From: Squalus acanthias
Taxonomy: Eukaryota
Length of the DNA stretch: 64,000 nt
NCBI GenBank assembly: GCA_030390025.1
Contig: CM059431.1
Coordinates: 126,482,001 to 126,546,000 of the forward strand
Direction: 5' to 3'
The notes below the pieces were generated by a model, which searched no databases, was not told the DNA's origin, and worked only from the letters and a program-made list of their open reading frames with translations. A program made the position numbers and the translations under genes. Each line of letters starts with the position of its first letter. Position 1 is the first letter of the stretch. Shown here in pieces: positions 40,137 through 52,748 of this stretch.

Positions 40137-41309
40137 AGTACATGGACTTCAGTAAGGCTTTTGACAAAGTCCCACATGGGAGACTGGTCAAGAAGGTAAG
40201 AGCCCATGGGATCCAGGGCAATTTGGCACATTGGATCCAAAATTGGCTTAGTGGCAGGAGGCAGAGGGTGATGGTCGAAGGTTGTTTTTGTGACAGGACG
40301 CCTGTGTCCAGTGGTGTACCGCAGGGATCGGTGCTGGGTCCTTTGCTGTTTGTAGTGTACATTAATGATTTAGATATGAATGTAGGAGGTACGATCAGTA
40401 AGTTTGCAGATGACACGAAAATTGGTGGAGTGGTAAATAGCGAGGAGGGAAGCCTCAGGCTACAGGACGATATAGATGGGTTGGTCAGATGGGCAGACAG
40501 TGGCAAATGGAATTTAACCCTGAAAAGTGTGAGGTGATGCATTTTGGGAGGACTAACAAGGCAAGGGAATACACAATGAATGGTAGGACCCTAGGAAGGA
40601 CAGAGCATCAGAGGGACCTTGGTGTGCATGTACATAGATCCCTGAAGGCAGCAGGACAGGTAGATAAGGTGGTTAAAAAGGCATATGGGATACTTGCCTT
40701 CATTAGCCGAGGCATAGAATATAAGAGCAGGGAGGTTATGATGGAGCTGTACAAAACGCTAGTTAGGCCACAGCTGGAATACTGTGTGCAGTTCTGGTCG
40801 CCACACTATAGGAATGATGTGATTGAATTGGAGAGGGTGCAGAGGAGATTCACCAGGATGTTACCTGGGCTGGAGCGCTTCAGCTATGAAGAGAGACTGG
40901 ATAGGCTGGGGTTGTTTTCCTTAGAGCAGAGAAGGCTGAGGGGGGACCTGATTGAGGTGTACAAAATTATGAGGGGCATAGATAGGGTAGATAGAAAGGA
41001 ACTTTTCCCCTTAGTAGAGGGGTCAATAACCAGGGGGTGTAGTTTCAAGGTAAGGGACAGGAGGTTTAGAGGGGGTTTGAGGAAAAACTTTTTCACCCAG
41101 AGGGTGGTTGGAATCTGGAACTCACTGCCTGAAAGAGTGGTAGAGGCAGGAACCCTCACAACATTCAAGAAGCATTTAGATGAGCACTTGAAATGCCATA
41201 GCATACAAGGCTACGGACCAAGTGCTGGAAAATGGGATTACGATAGGGCTTGATGGCTGGCGCGGACACGATGGGCCGAAGGGCCTCTTTCTGTGCTGTA
41301 TAACTCTAT
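40137..41309 (+). mobile_element. 5'-truncated, relatively young CR1 LINE (tail resumes at 45504-45513)
   Basis: MDFSKAFDKVPH, SGVPQGSVLGP, FADDTK, one frameshift; tail taactctat|gactcta split by Harbinger. Confidence 0.95.
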
Positions 41310-41670
41310 GGGGGAGAAATTCAGTATCGCCCCATTTGGGGCGCAATTATCGGCCGGGCGCAAAGATTGGCGCCTGGCGCTAATTATCGCCTCCGACTGC
41401 AAACTTGACTTTTATCGCCCCTGGAGGTGAGTGGAGCGCTAAATCAAGCGCTACACACCTGTCTTAAGGCGCAAAGGCCGAGGTGCGAGGCGCTAACTCA
41501 GAGCGCGGGCGCAGCGCAGGTGCTGTCAGTTAGCGATGGAACACAGACACACTGGCGCCGGACAGTTCTTAAAGGGGAGGGTCGATCTTGCACTCCAGCC
41601 ACACCCTGCTCATTGGAGCCTTGAATCTCGGCCTGGAGAGACTTGTGCCTAAATCTTCCAGCCAAGGACT

Positions 41671-43544
41671 ATGGAGAGGGTGAGAGAACGAGCTCAGCGC
41701 TTCAGCGAGCGGGCCTTGGATGCTCTGGTTGGCGCGGTGGAGCGCAGAAGATCTATACTCTTCCCTGAGAGTGGCAGGAGGCCTTTGCCGTGCGAGTACA
41801 GAAGAGTGTGGAGGGAGGTGGCTCAGAGCGTCTCCTCCCGGACCATGGTGCCCAGGACCCATATACAATGTCGAAAAAAGTTCAACGACCTCACTCGGAT
41901 CGTCAGGGTGAGTGCCTTTTTTTCAATACCTCTCCATCCCTCCATCTCAAACTCACCATATGGCCAGAGGGTCTTAAAACCCCGATGCACAACACTCATC
42001 CAACACCTATGGCCCTCTCATGAAACACACACGCACATTCCACACTATGCATACAGTAAGGGCTATTCACCTATGGGAGGCACATCAGGCAAGACCATGG
42101 CTGCATACAGTAAGGGCTATTCACCTATGGGAGGCACATCAGGCAAGACCATGGCTGCATACAGTAAGGGCTATTCACCTATGGGAGGCACATCAGGCAA
42201 GACCATGGCTGTATATTTACTCAGACGCCGTCCTTTTCCTTGCAGGCCAAGCTATCTCATAATAGGAGACAGCAGCAATGGACGGGTGGAGGGCGGCCTC
42301 AGCTGCAACCCCTCAGCGATCTTGAGGCGCGCGTCCACAGGATTGTGGCAAGCCGGGTGATCGGTCCCGTCGCCACTGGAGATGCCGACCCCGTTCTGGA
42401 CAGCAATGGTAAGGTCATCACCTTTTTGTCCTCTGTCCTTCCACTTGTCCCTCACAACACCAGCCTTTGACACTTTCAATCCAACTTACTAAATTGCTGC
42501 ACTCATTCCTCCCTTACTGCCCCCCTGTCCTCACGCTAAAACCACTCTTGAACCTCCCTGCTTTCAGATGGTGATTCACCAGCTGAGGAGATGGGCCTTC
42601 AAGCTGCCAGTGGGAGTGAAGCTGCAGCCGAGGAGGAGGATGAAGGCGGAGCATCAGTGCCACCCTCTCCCGAGGAAGCCCATGCCCACACTGGGAACAC
42701 GCCTTCCCTGGAGGAGAGCAGGGCGGAAGGGTCTGATGAGGGTGAAGCTCCAGGAACCAGCGGGCTGCAGCAACGCCATGGGGGTAGGGAAGAACGGGGG
42801 CCTTCTCCCCGGAGGGAGAGTATGCCAGCGAGTCCTACTGCACTGGACGCAGAGGAGGAGCGGCTCATCGCTGAAATGAACACCCAGGCGGTGGACATGC
42901 ACACTCAGCTCATGGGTGCAGTGGGAAGGGTGCCCGAATGCATTGAATCACTGGCAAGGAGTGTGGAGCACTTCGCTGCAGCACAGGCAGATGCCACACT
43001 AAAGCTTAGTGCTGCAATTCAGTCACTGGCTGCCGTGATCCCATCTCTGACTGCTCTCATGCAGACTCAGTTTGAGGCCACGCGAGCACTGACTGCTGCC
43101 ATCCTCGATGGTTCGTATACATTTCCCCGGGGCTCTCACCGCGCCGCAGCAGGCCAGCAATCTGTGCTCCAGCAGATTGCTCCGGATGCTGAAGTGCTGC
43201 CCCATGGGAGTGCCAGTGTGTCGGTCGAGCAGGGAGTTGCTGTCCTCTCTCACGATGACAGCATTCCTGCTGCCACCACTGTCACTTCTCCACTGCACTT
43301 GCCACTGCCTGTAGGACAGACTGCTGCCGCCCATGCAGAGTTGGTGCAGTCTGCAGCCGGGCCCTCCAGGCCCAGAGCTGTTCGAGGCCGTCCTTCAAGG
43401 GCATCTGCAGTCTCAGGTTCTGACAATCAGCACCCTTCCACCAGCCTTGCTGCAGCCATTGAGGTCCCATTACGGAGGAGCAGTAGGGTGGGAAGGGGGG
43501 AAGTGCGCAAGAGAAGGAGATCACCCTCGAAGGGCAAAAAGTAG
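41671..43544 (+). CDS. Harbinger Myb/SANT-like DNA-binding protein, apparently intact, 458 aa from 3 exons
   Basis: Exons 41671-41907, 42246-42408 and 42568-43544 with GT-AG sites total 1377 nt in one frame; C-terminal basic RKRRRSPSKGKK. Confidence 0.85.
42049..42210 (+). repeat. 54-bp intronic minisatellite, 3 units
   Basis: catacagtaagggctattcacctatgggaggcacatcaggcaagaccatggctg x3. Confidence 0.95.
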
Positions 43545-43843
43545 AAGGTGTGACAAAATGTTGGTCATTTTTTTATTAAAGGCTAAGGTTCATGGTCAAA
43601 CTTTTGAACATTATCTCCAGGTTATGAGAACCAGTTATGTTAATGACTGTGTTTTTGTGTTTCTTTCTGTTAGTTTGTCATGAGGAAATGACACACACAG
43701 AGTTTGTGAAACAAATAAGTTTTTGTATTCAAAATGTACATGTTTGGTCTTTGGAATCATTGCTGCCTTGGCCGGCTTCGGGGTTGCGGGTTGGTTTCAT
43801 TCATGTTGTTCTCAATGGCAGAAGCCATTTCCTCAGCAGGGGC

Positions 43844-45010
43844 CTAGAAGCGGCTTGCTATCAGCCGTTGACGGACGGCCCTTCCAGTTTCTACATTGTA
43901 GGCCTCCCTCCCGCCTTGGTGCTGCTGATGATCATCCTCCTCCTCTTCCTCCTCCTCTTCCTCCTCCTCCTCTGGTGGTGCTCCAAGGCCTGGTGGCATT
44001 GGCTGGGTCCTGAGGATTGCCATGTTATGTAGCATGCAGCACACAACTACGAAGTGGGAAACTCGCTCAGGCGAGTACTGCAGGGCTCCTCCAGAATGGT
44101 ACAGACAGCGGAACCGTTGCTTGAGCACGCCGATTGTGTGCTCAACGATGTTCCTGGTAGCTTGATGCCTCTCGTTGTACCGCAGCTCAGCAGGGGTGTT
44201 GGGCGTACGGAGCGGTGTCATTAGCCAGGTGCTCAGTGGATATCCCTTGTCCCCGAGAAGCCAACCAACTGGCTAATGCGGTGCCTGGAAAAGTTCTGCC
44301 ACAGTAGTCTGGCGCAGGATGAATGCATCGTGTCAGCTGCCAGGATAGTGGGCATTGACAGCGAGTATCAGCTGTCTGTGGTCACAGACCAACTGAACGT
44401 TTAAGGAATGGAATCCCTTTCTGTTGCGGAAATCCTCGGCATTCTCATGCGGAGCACACAAAGCCACATGCGTGCAGTCAATGGCGCCCTGCACCATGGG
44501 GAAGCCCGCTATCCTAGCAAAGCCCATTGCATGTTCTTGCTGCTTGTCTGGGGTCATGGGGAAAGAGATGTACTCTCGTCTCCTTTTAAAGAGGGCATTT
44601 GTGACCTGACGGATGCAGCAATGCACCGCGAACTGGGAGATATTGGCGATGTCCCCAGTAGCAGATTGAAATGAGCCAGTGGCATAAAACTTCAGAGCCA
44701 CTGTGATCTTCACTGCCACAGACAGAGACGTCCTGGACCTCAGTTGAGGCTGCAGATCTGGCTGCAGCAGGTGGCAGAGCTCAGTGACCACCTCCTTGCT
44801 GAAGCGCAGCCTTCGCAAACACTGCTCCTCAGACATATTAATATATGTGAATTGTTGGCGATATATCCTGGGAGGGTAAGGTCTCCTGTACAGAGGCCTG
44901 TTGGCCCTCCTCCGTCTGGCCATGATTGCCACTCTCTCTCTGCGTCTCTGTGTCCTCCGATTCTGGTGGCGCAGGACAACGCCCCCAATTAGTGCAGCCC
45001 CCCAAGTCTC
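43844..45010 (-). pseudogene. Harbinger DDE transposase with premature stops
   Basis: ORFs 44333..45073 and 43844..44221 are separated by TGA after HYPGS and a TAG near 44274. Confidence 0.92.
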
Positions 45011-45107
45011 TTGGCAATCAAAGTTATGAAGGCCAAAAACTAAAGTACCTGCAAAGTTATGATCAGTAGCCAAAACTACCTCACACAGCGCTGACTCAAT
45101 ACAGAAG

Positions 45108-45141
<34 letters not shown>

Positions 45142-46454
45142 AGAACGAGTGGTGCAAAAATGTCAACCACAGAGAAAGACAGGAAGAGGCCCCCTTTAAA
45201 TAGCGCCCCCCCCAGCGACTGGGAACGTTCCAGTCTTCCGGTCGTTGGTTGCGCCAGGTGGAAAGGATGGTGGCGCCACTCAATTTCCGCTCTGGGGCGC
45301 CACAAGGGCGTTGCACCCTCGTATGACGTCAAGATCTGCGTGCGCAGGAGATCGCGGCGGTAAAGTTTAGCGCCGCCGCAAAATGTCTAGTTAATTTCGC
45401 GAGCGGCGCAAACATCGCTGCGCCCAGGCGCTAGTTGCTTTGCGCCCCATTAGCGCCCTCTTAAGGCGCTAACGGGAGGTGCAACCAACTGAATTTCTCC
45501 CCCTATGACTCTAGTAGTGCATGATTAAATTTTAAATTTAATATTAAATGATTAAATTTTACATACATATAAATATAAATTGGAAGGCAAAGATACAAAA
45601 ATATAAAATTTAATAGAGTAGGAAAATTCCTGAATCGCAAATTAGTTTCAGTCCATTCAATACTTCTTCTTGTCTCGCACATTTGATTGATTTACCCTGG
45701 ACCAATTTAGTTTTGTTATGTTTGGGATCTTGCCTTTGTCCTTTAACATGAGTCCACAGTTAAAACAATTACTACAATTGATGAATGTTAATATATTTGC
45801 CTTCATGTCGTTGTATGAAAAAATTAAGGTTTAGGGTGCTTCAGCCAGATAAATATCAACCCCAATTGAACCACCAATTATCATTAGTAAGAAAAGTATT
45901 CAGGTACTCTGGTATCTCCTTCCTCAGAACAGTAAGGAACATCCACGCCATCCTTTCAATCTAAAAAGAAATAACTCTTCATACATGTTACAATTTAATC
46001 AGATATCAACCAAATTTATGAACTGAAAAGGGAAGGCCTTTCAACGGTTAGTACCCCTGAAAAGGTTCAATAGCAATGGTTTGTTTTAGCATATCAGTCA
46101 CTGAGGCAGCTTAGATGTGTTTTGAAGTTGCTCTTTCATGACCTGCTATGGTTTTAAAATTCAAAAGATATTAGTTCTTTTAAGCATAGTTCCTCTAGTT
46201 ACCATCAAAATCTGAAGTATTTTAACGTCTGTCTCACCCAGACTCACTGACTACTTTCTTCAACATAGTTTTAACCATTCTATTTGTTCTTAGCGCACAT
46301 TTCTTTCATGAACTAGCCCACAAATCTTGCTTTATTATCACTAACACTCACCTTGATCTCCCCACATCAAAAGAACTTGCTTCACAAGTACGTTCGCAGT
46401 AGTAAGCATGCTGATATCACTTTAAGCTGATACTTAAAAAAGCTAACACAGAAT

Positions 46455-47142
46455 GGGCTGTCTTTTCCGATCAGAGGCTTCTTGCGTGCTGAGACCGCCG
46501 ATCTGGAAAAAATCTACGGACTTACCTGAGGGCTCCCGAGGTGCGTATACTTCCATTCCTGGGCCTCTCCAACTCGAAATGTGCAGGGCCCACGTATCCC
46601 AGAGGTGCATGCGGTTCACAAGCGTCCCTGGGATCACGTGGGCCATGGGGAGCCAATAGCAGAAGGGAATCTCCATTCATACACTTGACAGATAGACCTG
46701 TCAAATATATGAATGGAGATCACTCCAAAAACACTGTAAAACATTAAATAAATTTAAAAAAACATCACTTTTTAAAAATGAGTTGAAATTACAATAAATT
46801 AAATACTTTAAACAAAAATTAAAGTTTTTTACAGGGCTAAAAATAAACTTACCTTTTTTTAAAAGAAATTTTTAAATGATTAATGAGTGAATTTTTTTTA
46901 AACTTTTTTTCAACTGTTATGCTGGATACCAGGCGTAAGATTTCTAAGGGTTTTCTGCGGGCGGAGGTTCTCCAGAAAGCGGAACTATCCACCCGCAGAG
47001 GCCTTTCTCTAGGGCATTCTTAACAGATCGGAAATGCCGGTTTTCAGCGCATGCGCTTGGCATGCCTGAAACCGGCATTTCCGATGTCCCTACAGGTGTG
47101 TACATAGCGCGTACACACCCGTAGGGATGGAATATATGACCC
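46455..47142. mobile_element. Harbinger-type MITE, family C-related
   Basis: Imperfect TIRs gggctgtcttttcc / ggaatatatgaccc; flanks aat/tat; shares blocks with 22582..23300. Confidence 0.7.
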
Positions 47143-48934
47143 TATGTCTTTGCAATCAGCAATGTAACGTGGTAAATAGAAGTAAGGGATTAATTACTCC
47201 TTCACTGAGAAAAGAAATTGGGGTAAGTGGTTGAGTCATCCAGCACAATAGCAGTTTCAGACGTGCTGCTAAGTCAATAAAAAATCATTGAAAATTTTCA
47301 AACTGTAATTTTGTAATTCTCCAAAGCTGCTTTTACCTTTTCCAAAAAAAACTATCTGTGCTTTTGAAGAGTGGCATTATGTAAATGAGTCAAAATAAAT
47401 CTATACCACGCGTCTTTAACCCAAAAAGTACACGACTTTTTATGAAAGCACAAAGGCTTTGTAAATCTCCCATTTCTTTGGGGCCACAATTTAATTGGTT
47501 ACAGTAAATTTTTTATTAGTACACAACAGAGATCAATACATTTCGTATGTCACGGCAGTAATTTACAGTTCCGAATGGTTATTGCGCGTTCAGTCACTGG
47601 ACAGAGTAGCGTGCGCTATTGCTTGATGTTCTCCTAGTCAGGCGAGTGTTAAGTTCCAGCCAGCATTTACATCCACTCGCACCGACTATAGCCCGGTAGG
47701 CGTTAGGCTCCTGCCAGCATTTATGTCCGCCTATATGAGCTCCACATCTGTCTTGGGTCTTCTATCTCGGCGTCTGACTGTTCACAATCCCTCTTCTTTT
47801 ATCCCTCAAAGTTCCAATCATCTGACTCAATAAGTCCAATCATTTTTGTCCATGCCAGGTTAAACTCTGGTCTTTGCTTATCAAGCAAGTCTGCATACAG
47901 GCACTTCTTAATCTCTGTCCAACATCTTGCACTGAACCTGCCCTCGTCCCCCTTTTGTTCCTCTTGGCCGCGTGTGACATATGTTTTGCTTTAGCTCTCC
48001 TTATGGCAGGATACAAGCTGCAGGCTAGTTTATTTTAGATTCTCCACAGAAATGGACAATTGCAATAGCGTATTAACTCTTTACATTCTTACACGTTTCT
48101 AACCCCTGTTTCAATCTCCTGTTCTCTGTTTATAAAATATCCCATTCCAGTATTGCCTGCTGATTCCCTAACCCTTGGGCTGTAGTGGTGGTAGCTGTCA
48201 GTTGTGACCAATACATCATTCAGTCGTTGTCAATGTGTTGCCTCACTCTGCGCTTTCTCTTTTAACACATCAATTACTCTATTTTCACTTATCTGTGCAC
48301 AAAAGTGAGCCGCGTATCCTAACACAGAGTGTTTCTCAAACTTTTATGTTTGAAGGACCACTTTTCAAATGGATTAGTAATCATGAACTACCCATCTAAA
48401 TTATTATTGCCCCCTTGTATTGATGCTGTACCATAATCTTATAACAATGAATTACAATATAGTTATGGTGACATTTACAAAACAGGAATCCATCAAGTAT
48501 GAATGTATAAAAAGATAGTGATTTTAAAGCATTGATTTTTTTAAATTACAAATGCATTGGTTATTCAATGTATTCAAGTGCAACCACTCCTTCTCCTCCT
48601 CTTTTTTGAAGGAACAACTAATCTTAATAATATTTTTGATTGCAAAGTTATTCCTGCTGATCACACTAGTTATCTCGGTGGATCATTTTTCTTTTAGTTA
48701 CCGTTGTTTCACGAATTTACATTTTCAATTTCGAGCAGATTTTACATTGAAAACAATCCACCCAGTAAATTAATTGATTTTCTCAGTACATTTTCCTCTA
48801 TATTAAAGTAATAGAAGTAAAAAGTCTGCGACAAAGGAACAAATATAAATCTCTGGCGAGATATAATGTTTAAGAGAAATCTCCCAGAGTTTGTTCAAAT
48901 TAAATTCCCCGAGTCTGTGAGACAATCAGAATGA

Positions 48935-48975
48935 AACTCTTTGGAAAGAGAAGGTTGGTGGTTCTTCAAAGAGCC
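48935..48975 (-). promoter_or_regulatory. Replication-dependent histone 3' stem-loop and histone downstream element
   Basis: Minus strand AAA-GGCTCT-TTGA-AGAACC-ACCAA followed by AAAGAGTT. Confidence 0.8.
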
Positions 48976-49029
48976 TTTGTGGTTTGTTGTGAGTTGATTT
49001 TGTTCTTTTCATTCAGGGCTAAACCTTGC

Positions 49030-49361
49030 TCAGCTGTCCGGATTCCTTCGGCCGGCAGCAGAACGGTCTGGACGTTGGGCAGGACCCGGCCCTGGGCTCT
49101 GGTGAACCCGCCCAGCAACTTGTTCAGCTCTTGGCGAGCTGCAGGTGGCGCGGGGGATGATCCTGGTCTCCTTCTTGTCATGGGCCGCGTTAGCCGGCAG
49201 TTTCCAGGATCTCGGCGGCCAGGTGGACCGGGGGGCTCCGACTCCCACATGTTCGGCAGGAGCGACACTTGGGCAGGAGTCGGTGGATGCGGCCGACCGC
49301 AAACTGGAGACTGGCTCTGGATGAACAGCTCTTGGCTTTGGCGCGCCCTTTCCCTCCCAGT
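49030..49361 (-). pseudogene. H2A: Histone H2A pseudogene, 5' end displaced by LTR insertion
   Basis: [73 protein letters not shown] spread over three frames. Confidence 0.92.
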
Positions 49362-50346
49362 TGTAAAGTTTCGCTATTATCGCGATTCAAAATAACAAGA
49401 GAGAAGCAGATTCGTTTGATCAGTTTTATTAAACGAAATGCTGTCCTGATAATAAAGGACACAGAAGCCTGTAAAATGGCCGCCGCGCATCGTGGCAGAA
49501 GCTTCCAGAAACACAGTGGGCAGACAAAATGGCGTCGAATATACATTCAGTATAAGATTGGATCATACTCGGTAAACACTGATAAAGACAGGATGCAACC
49601 CGTTTGCATTTGGAACAATAGCAAAGATATAAGTGCTGAAATCGTTTTCCTATGCACAGTAAGGATCATTGTACTGGGCAATCGAAGGCCCATCCAGACA
49701 CATCAATACACAAATACCCCCCCCCCCGGCTCTACAATGAGAGAGACATTGACGGGTGATTAAGCCAGTATTCGGGGGGCCCCAAAACCAGTCGAGGAGA
49801 TGATTCATACACATCCTGGCTGGGTCAACAATGGGGAAAACATTAACGGATAGTTGGCCAGTTTCAGGTGCTACCGAAACCCGTTAAAGATGATAATCGC
49901 CCCATGCTGGGAGTTTTGAGCGCCAAATATTACACAAAGGACAAACATTAAGATTTGAGCGGGAGATAAGTAGACACAGCACTATGGGGGAGAAATTCAG
50001 TATCGCCCCATTTGGGGCGCAATTATCGGCCGGGCGCAAAGATTAGCGCCTGGCGCTAATTATCACCACCGACGGCAAACTTGACTTTTAACGCCCCTGG
50101 AGGTGATTGGAGCGCTAAATCAGGCGCTACACACCTGTCGTAAGGCGCAAAGGCAGAGGAGCGAGGCGCTAACTCAGAGCGCGGGTGCAGCGCAGGTGCT
50201 GTCAGTTAGCGATGGAACACAGACACACTGGCGCCGGACAGTTCTTAAAGGGGAGGGTCGATCTTGCACTCCAGCCACACCCTGCTCATTGGAGCCTTGA
50301 ATCTCGGCCTGGAGAGACCTGTGCCTAAATCTTCCAGCCAAGGACT

Positions 50347-52307
50347 ATGGAGAGGGTGAGAGAATGAGCTCAGCGCTTCAGCGAGCGGGCCTTGGATGCT
50401 CTGGTTGGCGCGGTGGAGCGCAGAAGATCAATACTGTACCCAAAGAGTGGCAGGAGGCCTTTGCCGCGTGAATACAGAAGAGTGTGGAGGGAGGTGGCTC
50501 AGAGCGTCTCCTGCAGGAGCATGGTGCCCAGGACCCATGTACAATGTCGGAAAAAGTTCAACGACCTCACTCGGGTCGTCAGGGTGAGTGGCTTTTTTTC
50601 AATACCTCTCCATCCCTCCATCTCAACCTCACTCTATGGCCAGAGGGTCTTAAAACCCCAATGCACAACACTCATCCAACACCTATGGCCCTCTCATGAA
50701 ACACACACGCACATTCCACACTATCCATACAGTAAGGGCTATTCACCTATGGGAGGCACATCAGGCAAGACCATGGCTGCATACAGTAAGGGCTATTCAC
50801 CTATGGGAGGCACATCAGGCAAGACCATGGCTGCATACAGTAAGGGCTATTCACCTATGGGAGGCACATCAGGCAAGACCATGGCTGCATACAGTAAGGG
50901 CTATTCACCTATGGGAGGCACATCAGGCAAGACCATGGCTGCATACAGTAAGGGCTATTCACCTATGGGAGGCACATCAGGCAAGACCATCGCTGTATAT
51001 TTACTCAGACGCCGTCCTTTTTCTTGCAGGCCAAGCTGTCTCATAATAGGAGACAGCAGCAACGGACGGGTGGAGGGCGGCCTCAGCTGCAACCCCTCAG
51101 CGATCTTGAGGCGCGCGTCCACAGGATTGTCGCAAGCCGGGTGATCGGTCCCGTCGCCACTGGAGACGCCGACCCCGTTCTGGAAAGCAATGGTAAGGTC
51201 ATCACCTTTTTGTCCTCTCTCCTTCCACTTGTCCCTCACAACACCAGCCTTTGACACTTTCAATCCAACTTATTAAATCGCTGCACTCATTCCTCCCTTA
51301 CTGCCACCCTGTCCTCATGCTAAAACCACTCTTGTACCTCCCTGCTTTCAGATGGTGATTCACCAGCTGAGGAGATGGGCCTTCAAGTTGCCAGTGGGAG
51401 TGAAGCTGCAGGCGAGGAGGAAGATGAAGGCGGAGCATCAGTGCCACCCTCTCCCGAGGAAGCCCATGCCCACACTGGGAACACGCCTTCCCTGGAGGGG
51501 AGCAGGGGGGAAGGGTCTGATGAGGGTGAAGCTCCAGGACCCAGCGGGCTGCAGCAACGCGATGGGGGTAGGGAAGCTCGGGGGCCTTCTCCCCGGAGGG
51601 AGAGTAGGCCAGCGAGTCCTGCTGCACTGGACGCAGAGGAGGAGCAGCTCATCGCTGAAATGAACACCCAGGCGGTGGACATGCACACTGAGCTCATGGG
51701 TGCAGTGGGAAGGGTGCCCGAATGCATTGAATCACTGGCAAGAAGTGTGGAGCACTTCGCTGTAGCACAGGCGGATGCCACGCTAAAGCTTAGTGCTGCA
51801 ATTCAGTCTCAGACTGCTATCATGCAGACTCAGATTGAGGCCATGCGAGCACTGACTGCTGCCATCCTCGATGGTTCGGACGCATTTCCCTGGGGCTCTC
51901 ACCGCGCCGCAGCAGGCCAGCAATCTGTGCTCCAGCAGATTGCTCCGGATGCTGAAGTGCTGCCCCGTGGGAGTGCCAGTGTGTCGGTCGAGCAGGGAGT
52001 TGCTGTCCTCTCTCAAGATGACAGCATTTCTGCTGCCACCACTGTCACTTCTCCACTGCACTTGCCACCACCTGTAGGACAGACTGCTGCCGCCCATGCA
52101 GAGTTGGTGCAGTCTGCAGCCGGGCCCTTCAGGCCCAGAGCTGGTCGAGGCCGTCCTTCAAGGGCATCTGCAGTCTCAGGTTATGAGAATCAGCAGCCTT
52201 CCACCAGCCTTGCTGCAGCCACTGAGGTCCCATTACGGAGGAGCAGTAGAGTGGGAAGGGGGGAAGTGCGCAAGGGAAGGAGATCATCCTCGAAGGGCAA
52301 AAAGTAG
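50347..52307 (+). pseudogene. Harbinger Myb/SANT-like gene with nonsense codon at codon 7
   Basis: ATG GAG AGG GTG AGA GAA TGA (CGA in copies 1 and 2); remaining exons open. Confidence 0.85.
50726..50995 (+). repeat. 54-bp intronic minisatellite, 5 units
   Basis: Same unit as 42049..42210. Confidence 0.95.
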
Positions 52308-52618
52308 GAGGTGTGACAAAATGATTGTCAATTTTTTATTAAAGGCCGAGGTTCGTGTTTAAACTTTCGTTTAGTGTTTTGGACATTATCTCCAGGTTGT
52401 GAGAACCAGTTATGTTAATGACTGTTTTTTTGTATTTCTTTCTATTAGTTTGTCATGAAGAAATGACACACACAGAGTTTGTAAAATAAATAAGTTTTTG
52501 TATTCAAAATGTACATGTTTGGTCTTTGGAATCATTACTGCCTTGGCCGGCTTAGGGGTTGCAGGTTGGTTTCATTCATGTTGTTCTCAATGGCAGAAGC
52601 CATTTCCTCAGCAGGGGC

Positions 52619-52717
52619 CTAGAAGCGGCTTGCTATCAGCCGATGACGGACGGCCCTTGCAGTTTCAACATTGTGGGCTGCCCTCCCGCCTTGGTGCTGC
52701 TGATGATCATCCTCCTC

Positions 52718-52748
<31 letters not shown>

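Larger units (their letters stand above)
41310..45503 (+). mobile_element. Full-length two-gene PIF/Harbinger transposon, copy 2
   Basis: Perfect TIRs gggggagaaattcagt / actgaatttctccccc, TAT TSD. Confidence 0.97.
38680..48300 (-). mobile_element. Possible highly decayed LTR/ERV-like remnant (segments 38680-40136, 45514-46454, 47143-48300)
   Basis: Minus-strand PPT/LTR-start-like tcaaagaggggac|tgtaaga at about 38886-38905; Cys/Trp-rich broken frames upstream; extent is a guess. Confidence 0.35.

Noticed and set aside
50726..50995. Regular direct repeats resembling a CRISPR array
   Set aside because: Units are head-to-tail with no unique spacers, inside a eukaryotic transposon intron; no cas genes
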